Positions 8,963 to 17,693 of a stretch of 27,843 nt of DNA are shown piece by piece. Origin of the DNA: a virus (lineage: Duplodnaviria > Caudoviricetes); the IMG/VR virus record IMGVR_UViG_3300030397_000179, positions 1 through 27,843 of that record, one strand, 5' to 3'. The position numbers were made by a program, and so were the translations under genes. The notes beneath the pieces are model-generated. The model made no database searches. It saw nothing but the letters and a program-made list of their open reading frames with translations, and was not told where the DNA came from. How positions within the stretch are numbered: the first letter of the stretch is position 1; every line of letters begins with the position of its first letter.

Positions 8963-11016
8963 TAAGTGCCCCCTGTTGCAAATTGCAATGCTGTTCGTGA
9001 TTCACTGCGCAAATCAACTGAACTTGTATTAATCGTTGTATTCTGATTGATAATCCTATTATTTGTCACAGTAGAATTCCCTGTTTGCTGTAGCGCATTG
9101 TTAAATTGTGGAAGGTCGCCAGTAGATAAACCTTGTAGCTGGGTACGAACACCCTTTAAACCAATTTCCCAAGGTGTTGGGGAGCCTGGAGTCATCCAAT
9201 CGGGCAACTCTATATTTTCTAGTCTATCTGTCAATCCGTCTAGAAAATCGCTAACATTTTGAATTATATCGCCCAATCCCGCCAATGATTCTTTTAGTGG
9301 ATCAACAGCGCCCCCTTTAAATCTATTGAACACTGGTTCTAGCTTGTCTTTTATGAATTGCCACACCTTCTCTAACGCAGGCAAAAGAACATTTTCCCAT
9401 ACACCTTGTAAAGCTGTCAAGGCGACAGTTACGGCCGTATTCAAGAGATCTGCTAGGGATTCCCAAATTGGCAACATATCTGATGTTAAGAAATCCCATA
9501 TAATTTTTAAGTTTTCAAGTACTTTGTCCCACTCGTCTTTCATTAGTTTCAGCGCTACAGGGATATTTTCGCTTAAAAATGGGGCTAATGTATCTCTAAG
9601 AAATGGGATTAGGGTGTTTTGCAACCAGTCCCCAACACGTTGCAATGCTGGCAATAATGTGTCCTCCCACCACCCGCGCAAAGTCTCAATTGCAATGGGT
9701 AAATTTTCTTGAATCCAGAGTTTTAACTCTTCTATTTTGGGAAGAATAAATTCCATAAATGCCGCTGTTTTTTCTTGAATACCTCCCCAATTTTCTTCCC
9801 AAGCAGTACGTAGTAAAGCGACTGCTCCAATAATTGCACCTACAAGAATTACAATTGGGGCTATTGCAGTTATTACAGATATAATAGCCGATAAAACCAC
9901 TCCACCCAGAATAATTGCCAAACCTATCAAAACATCTTTTAATTGAATATTATTTTGAATCCATTGCTTTATTGGTTCAAAGAACTCGATAACACGATCT
10001 TTCATTTCGGTGACTTTGGGCACAATTCGCTGTTCTATAACATTAGCGATTTTTTCAAGCATGTCCCCATTCTCTTCTCCGAATTGGGTCCATGTGAATA
10101 TAGAGTCAATGATTGCTGTTAGGGGATCGCTTCCGTTCCTTAGCTCACTAAAGAAACCACGGATGAATCCAGATATATCTTGTACAACTGGTAATGCTCT
10201 ATTAAAAATATCGATCAAACGTGGAACTGCATTCGTCGCCATCTCACCAATCATAGACAAAACAGGAGTTAAGGAAGGTAGTAATTTCACCCCCAATTCA
10301 GTAGCGGCGTCAGTCAATGTTGATTTTAATCGGCGCATCTGATTGGCCCACGATCCGCTTGTTCGTAATGCGTCCCCCTGAGCATCAGTAGTGCCAGCCA
10401 TTAACAAGTTCATTCTGGCTTGTACTTTGGCTTGTTCCAGCATCGCGCCTGTGAGACCATCAGCCCCCATTCGAGCCAATTCAGCTTTTAGGGTGTTCTC
10501 ATTAATAATTGTCCCAAACGCTAAAGCATTTTCGTGATTACCAATCAATGTACCTTGTAGACGTTGCATAGCTTCGTCCATTGGCATATTGTTAAATGAT
10601 GACAAATCAGTAGCCAATTGAGTTAATTGTACCGAAAAATCAGCCGCCGCATCCTCTGTGAAGCCCATCGGTTTCAACGTATCACCAAAAACAGAGGCCA
10701 TTTCCCTTAACTCGAACTTTGAGCGCCCTACAAGAGTGGCAAAATCATCTAATGCGGCTGTAACGCGATCGCCAGTATTGGCGAAAACGACATTGAATTT
10801 ACCCTGCATCTCTTCTGCATCAGAGCCAAGCCCAATCAATTGTGAACCCAGCCCAATAGTAGCGGCACCCAATCCAGCAATAGCAGTTACACCCCCAAGC
10901 ATGGAAGATTTCACAACCCCCTGCAATTTGGTGAATGATCCACCAACACTACCAGCGACTTTTGACAGCGTTCGATCTTGCCCCTTGAATATTACAAGAA
11001 CTTCACTTTCAGCCAT
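8962..11016 (-). CDS. Tape measure protein
   Basis: 684 aa, helical and Ala/Gly-rich, with a hydrophobic stretch, W-periodic repeats and C-terminal TPGSPTPWE; directly after the tail chaperones. Confidence 0.92.
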   Translation of the reverse strand: MAESEVLVIFKGQDRTLSKVAGSVGGSFTKLQGVVKSSMLGGVTAIAGLGAATIGLGSQLIGLGSDAEEMQGKFNVVFANTGDRVTAALDDFATLVGRSKFELREMASVFGDTLKPMGFTEDAAADFSVQLTQLATDLSSFNNMPMDEAMQRLQGTLIGNHENALAFGTIINENTLKAELARMGADGLTGAMLEQAKVQARMNLLMAGTTDAQGDALRTSGSWANQMRRLKSTLTDAATELGVKLLPSLTPVLSMIGEMATNAVPRLIDIFNRALPVVQDISGFIRGFFSELRNGSDPLTAIIDSIFTWTQFGEENGDMLEKIANVIEQRIVPKVTEMKDRVIEFFEPIKQWIQNNIQLKDVLIGLAIILGGVVLSAIISVITAIAPIVILVGAIIGAVALLRTAWEENWGGIQEKTAAFMEFILPKIEELKLWIQENLPIAIETLRGWWEDTLLPALQRVGDWLQNTLIPFLRDTLAPFLSENIPVALKLMKDEWDKVLENLKIIWDFLTSDMLPIWESLADLLNTAVTVALTALQGVWENVLLPALEKVWQFIKDKLEPVFNRFKGGAVDPLKESLAGLGDIIQNVSDFLDGLTDRLENIELPDWMTPGSPTPWEIGLKGVRTQLQGLSTGDLPQFNNALQQTGNSTVTNNRIINQNTTINTSSVDLRSESRTALQFATGGT

Positions 11017-11237
11017 TATCTACCAGCCTCGTCATTTTTTGTTTTTTGCGCTCTAGCTTTTTCATCGTTCATCCATCTGTGACGATTCAACCACTGGTGT
11101 TCTGAAAACACAAACGGCGCAATTTCCCAAGGAGGACATCCCCAATCTTGCGCCGCTTCTAATATCATCACCCACCTTGGCACACTCGCTACACCATGAT
11201 AATAGTATTGATATAAATCACCCCTTACGCTTTTTTT
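11016..11237 (-). CDS. Tail assembly chaperone, -1 frameshift extension (lambda gpT-like)
   Basis: The -1 frame is open from the A8 run to a TAA overlapping the tape measure ATG: KKSVRGDLYQYYYHGVASVPRWVMILEAAQDWGCPPWEIAP...EAGR*. Confidence 0.75.
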   Translation of the reverse strand, partial: KKSVRGDLYQYYYHGVASVPRWVMILEAAQDWGCPPWEIAPFVFSEHQWLNRHRWMNDEKARAQKTKNDEAGR

Positions 11238-11533
11238 TCAAGTGATTCTGTAGCACCTTCAATAAATGCTTCAGCTACACTACGCAATTTGTTTGCCGGC
11301 AAAGTTTCCAGCCACTCAAAACCTTCACTATCCATAAGCTGATTCAATTCATCTTTCGATAATTTGCGAATTGGTTTCTTATCTGGAAGATTTTTTGATA
11401 TAGGTTCATCACTCCCATTGGCCACATAGCGAGAGAGGATTAAGCAAATATTTTTCACGCTCAACTCTTCAATTGCCATTATCTCCCATGTCTGGAGTTG
11501 ATCAGGGTTACATGCTATTCTGTAATCTGCCAT
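11225..11533 (-). CDS. Tail assembly chaperone (lambda gpG-like)
   Basis: Position between tail tube and tape measure; ends GAA AAA AAA GCG TAA (slippery run). Confidence 0.75.
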   Translation of the reverse strand: MADYRIACNPDQLQTWEIMAIEELSVKNICLILSRYVANGSDEPISKNLPDKKPIRKLSKDELNQLMDSEGFEWLETLPANKLRSVAEAFIEGATESLEKKA

Positions 11534-11691
11534 TTTTTCATTAACCTTTTTTTCTCTTCTTGATACTCCGCCGCCTGCTCAATAGTAATATTTTCAAAAT
11601 TCCCATAAGAAGCAAGTAATTTCTGACGCTCTACAAGATACTTTTTCTTACGATTTTTTTTCTTAATCTTCTTGATTTGAGACCTTAGCAT
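11515..11691 (-). CDS. Small basic hypothetical protein (58 aa)
   Basis: Hand-translated: MLRSQIKKIKKKNRKKKYLVERQKLLASYGNFENITIEQAAEYQEEKKRLMKKWQITE. It has an AAGG SD-like sequence and overlaps the chaperone start. Confidence 0.45.
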   Translation of the reverse strand: MLRSQIKKIKKKNRKKKYLVERQKLLASYGNFENITIEQAAEYQEEKKRLMKKWQITE

Positions 11692-11889
11692 AATAACCTT
11701 AAATTTTTCTGCGCGTTTTTCGTATATACATCTCGTTGCCTAATTCGGTCAAATTTCGTGTTCTAAGCGTTTTTGTCAATTCTAGGTCTAAACATAAAGG
11801 GGGTAAGCTATAAATTGATTTTTAGTTTATGTCATTCCTATGTCATTTTTGTATAGACGCATGCAATAAGCCGCTTAGAGATGAAATTT

Positions 11890-11971
11890 AACCTTGTAGA
11901 GGGGGTATCTACCCACTATCACAACCCTACAAGGTTTAATTTTTTTAAGGTTACGCGATTATTTTCGCGTA
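11890..11971 (-). other. Structured element A after the tail tube gene
   Basis: Hairpin TACGCGA/TCGCGTA (11952-11971), then a stem formed by AACCTTGTAG/CTACAAGGTT (11890-11936) enclosing TTGTGATAGT and a small GGGTA/TACCC hairpin. Confidence 0.6.
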
Positions 11972-11985
11972 CTCATTATTTGGCA

Positions 11986-13011
11986 TTAAGGCAACGCAGA
12001 AAGTTCGTTAACGACAAGAAAATTGAGCCCTAGAGTGGCGGTCAAATCGTAACCAACTTGTACTTCCATTGACCAAACATTGTTTCCGTCGTTATCTGTG
12101 AATTCTGGATTGTTAATATATGTCCCTGCGCAGTCAATACGGAACTTTAGATTGTCATGAGTTGCGCCCGTGTTATCTGACACTGCCGCCCCTGTAAATT
12201 CTAATCGATATTGACGTGGCGTGTTTGCTTCAAACAAGTCAACCTGCGCTTCACTGGTTGTATTGTGTTCAAAGGTCAACTTTAGAACTGCATTAAATGT
12301 ATCACGATCCCAGTAAATAAAATCAAAATATTTTGCGGCATTAGTGAATTTTGCTTTATATCCTGTGGTGACATCCAACTCAAATGATAGTAATGTGTTA
12401 CTGATTGTGGTTGCCCCAAGCGTCCCTCCCACTGCATCAATCGCCAATGTGGAGCCACCAAATACAAGATTGTCAGCAGGGATGATGGTAGGCACAGCTA
12501 GGGCGCCTGTAAAAGATGCGTCACTAGATTGACGACCACGCCAAGCCGCCTCCATCATTACACCCTCGGCAGCGTTGCCAGAAAGTTTAAATGATTCAAT
12601 GAAGCTATATTCCATTTCTCGCGCCTGAACATTGTTGCCATGCTCTAGAGTGTAAGTATTTAACGTATTCATTGCGCTTGTGGGCATAGAATAGGCATAG
12701 ATATACCCCGATCCTGTACCATCTTGAGTAGGGGATTCGGATGCTACGCCAGCTTCAAACAAATAAGGCAGTTGTTGAAATGTCGCCTCTACAGGGTCAA
12801 ATGTCAGTGTAGCCCCAAGCTTGGGATTGTATTCCCGTGTTGTAGGGAGGGCAATCCCTACACTTTCATCTACTCGCTTGTTCTCATTGTCGTATTGCAA
12901 GCGACCCTTACCACGCCAAATAGTAGTGGCGGGTACGGCCGTTCCTGCCGTGGTCTCTTTTCCTAGCTGGATTTTTTCTAATGCTTTTACGCCCGTTGTA
13001 ATTGTAGCCAT
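11986..13011 (-). CDS. Major tail (tube) protein
   Basis: 341 aa, beta-rich; N-terminal IQLGKETTAGTAV is typical of tail tube proteins; located between head-tail genes and chaperones. Confidence 0.85.
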   Translation of the reverse strand: MATITTGVKALEKIQLGKETTAGTAVPATTIWRGKGRLQYDNENKRVDESVGIALPTTREYNPKLGATLTFDPVEATFQQLPYLFEAGVASESPTQDGTGSGYIYAYSMPTSAMNTLNTYTLEHGNNVQAREMEYSFIESFKLSGNAAEGVMMEAAWRGRQSSDASFTGALAVPTIIPADNLVFGGSTLAIDAVGGTLGATTISNTLLSFELDVTTGYKAKFTNAAKYFDFIYWDRDTFNAVLKLTFEHNTTSEAQVDLFEANTPRQYRLEFTGAAVSDNTGATHDNLKFRIDCAGTYINNPEFTDNDGNNVWSMEVQVGYDLTATLGLNFLVVNELSALP

Positions 13012-13208
13012 TAGCTCTTTTCCTTATCATCAACCGTGTAGGTTGTGTATAATTTTGATTTTGTCAAACTCTTTTTGACTTCTGTAATGGTCCCCCCCAA
13101 TACACCACCTACAAGGTTTTTTACATCTTCTTCAGTCAAATCTCTTGGTGGTACCGTGGGGATAATGCCATCCCCAATATACATGTACTTTATGGTAATT
13201 TCAGTCAT
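13011..13208 (-). CDS. Small hypothetical protein in the neck/tail region
   Basis: 65 aa, TAATG-coupled on both sides. Confidence 0.65.
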   Translation of the reverse strand: MTEITIKYMYIGDGIIPTVPPRDLTEEDVKNLVGGVLGGTITEVKKSLTKSKLYTTYTVDDKEKS

Positions 13209-13663
13209 TACGCTGTTATCTCGTTTTGAATTTTAACCCCATTTAAGGTTATTAAATATCCAAACATTTGCTGACCTTGAGGCCATTCAATGGGTGACAT
13301 GTTAATTGTAATTCCTTCTCCAATGTGTTGAGCGTGATCGCTATTCACACCATTGCCGTTTCTGTAAAAGTGCTTGTATAAAGCCATTGGTATCTGCTCA
13401 CGATAGGGTAGTAGAAACTCAATTGATTTTTCTAGATTATCTAATGGCATAATCATAGCAATTGTTACATCAGTTAAATCTTTCTGTACATACCCAGCCG
13501 GTTCACCTACTGATGTGCCGGTTGTCATATAAACAGTGATATATGGATAAATCCTAGGATCAAGATCGGGGTTATCAGGCACGTAATTGACATGCGCCAA
13601 TCCTCGCAGGACTTCCAGAACTTCATCAATAAAACCTTGTAGATTGTGTTTCGTTGTTTCCAT
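13208..13663 (-). CDS. Probable tail terminator/completion protein
   Basis: 151 aa, in the syntenic position before the tail tube; YPYITV motif. Confidence 0.6.
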   Translation of the reverse strand: METTKHNLQGFIDEVLEVLRGLAHVNYVPDNPDLDPRIYPYITVYMTTGTSVGEPAGYVQKDLTDVTIAMIMPLDNLEKSIEFLLPYREQIPMALYKHFYRNGNGVNSDHAQHIGEGITINMSPIEWPQGQQMFGYLITLNGVKIQNEITA

Positions 13664-14082
13664 TACTGACTATTCAACTTTTTTTCTGCAAACTCAGTCA
13701 ATTTCATTGTCAATAACGGCATTCTGGATTGCACTTCATCAGCCATTACCCACCATCGCAAAAATGACGGATGTTGACGCTTCTGAAATGGCCTACCAAT
13801 AACAAACGGTGAATGTTTTTGCGAATTTTTAACACCATATACACCTACCTTTTTTTGAATCATCCCAAATGACCCCGCTATACCACCAAAAAACTTTTTA
13901 CGTGTATGTGTAAAATGAGGCAAATAGCTAGGATAGGGTGTTTTTCTTAATTGACTCGCTTCTTGTTTTGCATGTTGCTTAATAACAGGATCAACTTCAC
14001 TGGGATACATAGCCATCAAAAAACGAAGCTGATTTTTTACTCTGTTTGTTCCTCTGATTTCATATGTAACAAAGTCAGGCAT
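13663..14082 (-). CDS. Probable neck protein (HK97 gp10-like)
   Basis: Basic protein starting MPDFVTYEIRG (GAGG SD, start 14082; ORF open to 14154); syntenic position. Confidence 0.55.
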   Translation of the reverse strand: MPDFVTYEIRGTNRVKNQLRFLMAMYPSEVDPVIKQHAKQEASQLRKTPYPSYLPHFTHTRKKFFGGIAGSFGMIQKKVGVYGVKNSQKHSPFVIGRPFQKRQHPSFLRWWVMADEVQSRMPLLTMKLTEFAEKKLNSQ

Positions 14083-14734
14083 AGAAACCTCGCTTATTAA
14101 CTGCTTCAAGCAAGTTCTGGATATCGGTATCTTGTTCAATTCTGGCCCTGACAACCTGTACGCCTAATTGCGGTGTACCTGCCACACCAAAGATAGCATC
14201 CTTGCGAGAAAACACACGATTAGCCATAAGTAAACAAGCATTTTTCACGTATGGAGGTACATCCGTCGGATCGCCATTATCATCTATACCATCCGTATAA
14301 CCCCATACACCCGCCAATTCAACAGAATGCCTTGTCGTTGGAAAACCGTAGTTACCATTTGGATTTATTCGTATCTGCCTATAAGGTTCTTTATCAGCTT
14401 CATTAGACATCGCTCTTGCATTTCTTGGCTCAAGCCAATAATCCGAAGCTGTCCAAGTCACCTCAAAAGTTCCATCATAATCTTCATCAGTTCTTAAAGT
14501 TGTTACACTAATCAAATCATCTTCTAACCAAAGAAGATCGTTAAATTGGGCAGTTAATATCCGTGTTTCAGTTCGCCCATAAAACGTTGTCTCGCAATGC
14601 TCGTCTATCCAGCGGCTAATAGCATCAATGGCTAAATTCATGTTGTCTATATCAGCCTGCCTAAATTCCGTAGGCTGACCATTTGAATGGAGATGCTCTT
14701 GAAGCTCGACTAGTGTGATGTATCCGTTAGGCAT
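14075..14734 (-). CDS. Head-tail connector (HK97 gp6/SPP1 gp15-like adaptor)
   Basis: YITLVELQEHL, AISRWIDEHC, GVWGY and VPPYVKNACLLMANRVFSR. Confidence 0.85.
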   Translation of the reverse strand: MPNGYITLVELQEHLHSNGQPTEFRQADIDNMNLAIDAISRWIDEHCETTFYGRTETRILTAQFNDLLWLEDDLISVTTLRTDEDYDGTFEVTWTASDYWLEPRNARAMSNEADKEPYRQIRINPNGNYGFPTTRHSVELAGVWGYTDGIDDNGDPTDVPPYVKNACLLMANRVFSRKDAIFGVAGTPQLGVQVVRARIEQDTDIQNLLEAVNKRGFYA

Positions 14735-15054
14735 TATTCTTCTTCTGGGTTACCAAAATCAAACTTGAATAAATATTCTGCCAATTCTGCTTTCTTGCCT
14801 TTTGGTAATTCAACGCCCATGTCAATAGCAAATTGCTTCATCTCTTTGACAGTCATGTCTGAAAAGGGATTTGATATTAAATCCCCCCACCCCTCACGGG
14901 CATAGCCAAGATCGATCAACCGTTTTCCCAGTCGCAAGGTAGCTTCATCGCCTTTTTTGTAAGCCGAATTTCCAGATTCAACAATAGCAGGACAATCTTT
15001 GATAAATGTAATATTCATAAGATTTAAAAAGTTGGAACCTTGTAGGGTGGTCAT
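14734..15054 (-). CDS. Small capsid-region protein with C-terminal Rho-N/HeH-like helical motif
   Basis: FSDMTVKEMKQFAIDMGVELPKGKKAELAEYL; the start may be the ATG at 15018. Confidence 0.6.
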   Translation of the reverse strand: MTTLQGSNFLNLMNITFIKDCPAIVESGNSAYKKGDEATLRLGKRLIDLGYAREGWGDLISNPFSDMTVKEMKQFAIDMGVELPKGKKAELAEYLFKFDFGNPEEE

Positions 15055-15165
15055 GGTTATTCTTTGCTACTCTTTTAGCAATCCAAACTATCACAAAGAG
15101 GCGTCACCACCTACAAGGTTCTCTATAATAAGTTGTGGGAAACTCGAAAGACATCAACACAACTT
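15035..15165 (-). other. Structured element B after the capsid/decoration genes
   Basis: Hairpin AAGTTGTG/CACAACTT (15130-15165), then stem GAACCTTGTAGG(TGGT)/(ACCAC)CCTACAAGGTTC (15035-15121) enclosing TTGTGATAGT and a TTGCTA/TAGCAA hairpin. Confidence 0.6.
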
Positions 15166-15176
15166 GAAAGTATCAA

Positions 15177-15638
15177 CTAAGTAATAACAGTCACGCCTTG
15201 TGGTTGTTTACGGGTGTTGACAATTCGTGCCAAAATGCCGCCAAGCACAGGTGAGTCTACAGATTCAACCGCGACTAACCGAGCATAGTTGTATCCATTA
15301 GCGCCGATTAAATCAGCAGGTACCCAGATTCGGAACATAGCATTAGTGCCAGCAGTCCGAACAAATCCAGATGTTGTTGCAAGTGTCCACTCAGTGTCGC
15401 CAGGATCGCTAGTGATTTCTTTGTACCAAAAAGCAACTTTCGCGGTGGTCGTAGGTGTGACATCATCGCACGCGTCAACAGTAAATGTGCTAGTGCCAGT
15501 TGCACCTACACCAGTTTGAACAATAAATTCAATCCCATCACCATCAACCTTAACAACATCACTGTTAGTTGTTCCACTAAAAGCATCGGCTACTGGTGGA
15601 AGGGCATTTACAAAATGATCAGCATCAATATTATGCAT
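15177..15638 (-). CDS. Probable capsid decoration/cement protein
   Basis: 153 aa, beta-rich, immediately after the capsid gene, with a strong AGGAG SD. Confidence 0.65.
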   Translation of the reverse strand: MHNIDADHFVNALPPVADAFSGTTNSDVVKVDGDGIEFIVQTGVGATGTSTFTVDACDDVTPTTTAKVAFWYKEITSDPGDTEWTLATTSGFVRTAGTNAMFRIWVPADLIGANGYNYARLVAVESVDSPVLGGILARIVNTRKQPQGVTVIT

Positions 15639-15655
15639 AATATTTTCTCCTAAAA

Positions 15656-17674
15656 TTACGCTCGTGTCGCCAATGCAACAAATGGGCTAACAGTATTTGA
15701 GCCTTTATAAGGCGTTAATGCATTTTCCCATGTCGCTTGGCCATCATATGCAACAGTAAAGCGGAATGCGGTTTGATCGGTCAGGAATTGAACATGAATA
15801 CTTGAGGCAGTTTGCACACCACTTCCGACACGCGCAATTTTATATTGACTCATATCAGCCAAAACGATATCACCGACAGTGCCAAGTGTTGCATTGAATT
15901 CGGTCTCAACTACAGGGCGGCCAAATAAAACACCAAATGGTGAATCATTACCAATGGTACCAGGGTGACGATAAAGCAATGAGCCACCGGAACCGATTTC
16001 TAATTGATGCAATTGAGGGGCAGTGTCTTGATTAACAAACCATACTGCATTAGGTTTTGAACGCGACCACAATCTGGCCCACATATTTAAGATATTAGTT
16101 TTCGTAATTGTAGCTGCCGTTTGGCCTGAATCCTTAGCTACAGTCACAAGACAATCAGCTTGTAAAATACCTTTTGGATAACCAGCCGATGCGCCATTCA
16201 TAATATCATCATCAAGCATAAAAGCTAATTCTAGCGGAACGCTATCCATGACCTCTTGTTCTGCAAGTCGAGAATCACGGAGCAATTCATTGGTTGAGTA
16301 AACAACAGCGGCATATTTCTCAGGCTTCAATGTATATTTATAAAACTTCATTTGAGAAGCTGGAATGGGTTGCCCCCTGCCTACACGATAACCCTGTATA
16401 CCACCAAGGCGATTGCCATTAGCTCGCGAGTCTTCACGCACACCGTAAAAATCCACACTATTCGCACCCTCGCCAATATCACGTTGCGAGGCTCGTCCAG
16501 CAAACACGGCCGTTTCGTGTATTTTCTTCATTAGCTCGCTGTCTTGTTCAGTGCCTACAAGGTAGCCACCTTCACTAGGGATACTTTCATTTTGCCCCAA
16601 AATAGCCTTTTGAGCTTTTGTAAGTTCTTCATTTACTGCTTTAGCACGCACGGCATGCATCAAAGAGCCCAGTTTCCACGGATCAGCTTTGACTTTTTTG
16701 TCAGTTTCGTCTTCCTCAACAATGACGCTTGAAGATTTAGCGGGAATTTTTTCTAATGCTTTAGTAATACCACCTACAGAATCAGTAACATTTTTAACTG
16801 ATTCCGCAATGGTGCCAAGTGTATCCTCTATCTTTTCAAAGCGACTATCAACTGCTTTTTGGTACTCACTTTCATTTTTATTTGGGTCCATTTTATTTTT
16901 ATCTCCATTACTAGGGCTTGAATCACTATTTGCGCTTTCCTTGTCGCCTTTTAATAGAGATTGTAAACCTAAACTTTTTACAATTTTAATTTGATGATCT
17001 GTCAATAACTTTGGTTCCATTGGATTGACTGTGAACGTTTGACGTTTCAGAGGCCATTTTATAATTTCACCATCTTTATTCACTATAGCCTTTGGGGTAG
17101 CTTCTGAACTGGTGCCAAGTAAACCAGCCTCCAAAAGCGGTTCAACAAAATTACTTACATAGGCTTGTTTTCGATCTAAAACATGAGTCACTAGCAAGCC
17201 TATATCATCTGTCTTAGCTGTATTCCAATCCAGCTTTCCGAAAATATCATCTTCTGTTGGCTGATTCTTGACTGGATCAGGTGTCATACCATGTTCCCAA
17301 TCCAGTAGAACCGAATTAGCTTTTGTATAAGATGATTCAAAATCAGTATTTTTAGTGAAGTACTCCCCTACAAGGTCTTTGCCACCAAATAAAGCGACGT
17401 AACCTTGTACATAAAGTTCATCATCTGTAGACATACCTTTAAGAATCTTGAGCGATTTTGTAACCCAATCTTGAGTAACTTCTACCCATTGCGCCCCATC
17501 TGGATAAATCACTTCTCCATCATCTGTCAAAGTATAATCTATCATGAAAGTGCGATTATCCCATGATGCGACAATCTGGGTATCTGAAACATCACGCACC
17601 CAAGCATTGTAGCCATAGTGCCTGTCAATGGACTGATGAATCTTTTCTAATTTCTCATAAATACTGTCAAACAT
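15656..17674 (-). CDS. Prohead protease-major capsid protein fusion (HK97 fold)
   Basis: Protease-like region YVQGYVALFG..DLVGEYF, WEHG, GTSS, TVNPMEP. Capsid region SEGGYLV, STNELLRDS, PKGIL, LFGRPVVETE, GDIVLADMSQY, SPFVALATRA. Confidence 0.92.
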   Translation of the reverse strand: MFDSIYEKLEKIHQSIDRHYGYNAWVRDVSDTQIVASWDNRTFMIDYTLTDDGEVIYPDGAQWVEVTQDWVTKSLKILKGMSTDDELYVQGYVALFGGKDLVGEYFTKNTDFESSYTKANSVLLDWEHGMTPDPVKNQPTEDDIFGKLDWNTAKTDDIGLLVTHVLDRKQAYVSNFVEPLLEAGLLGTSSEATPKAIVNKDGEIIKWPLKRQTFTVNPMEPKLLTDHQIKIVKSLGLQSLLKGDKESANSDSSPSNGDKNKMDPNKNESEYQKAVDSRFEKIEDTLGTIAESVKNVTDSVGGITKALEKIPAKSSSVIVEEDETDKKVKADPWKLGSLMHAVRAKAVNEELTKAQKAILGQNESIPSEGGYLVGTEQDSELMKKIHETAVFAGRASQRDIGEGANSVDFYGVREDSRANGNRLGGIQGYRVGRGQPIPASQMKFYKYTLKPEKYAAVVYSTNELLRDSRLAEQEVMDSVPLELAFMLDDDIMNGASAGYPKGILQADCLVTVAKDSGQTAATITKTNILNMWARLWSRSKPNAVWFVNQDTAPQLHQLEIGSGGSLLYRHPGTIGNDSPFGVLFGRPVVETEFNATLGTVGDIVLADMSQYKIARVGSGVQTASSIHVQFLTDQTAFRFTVAYDGQATWENALTPYKGSNTVSPFVALATRA

Positions 17675-17693
17675 AACATAATCCTATATGAAG

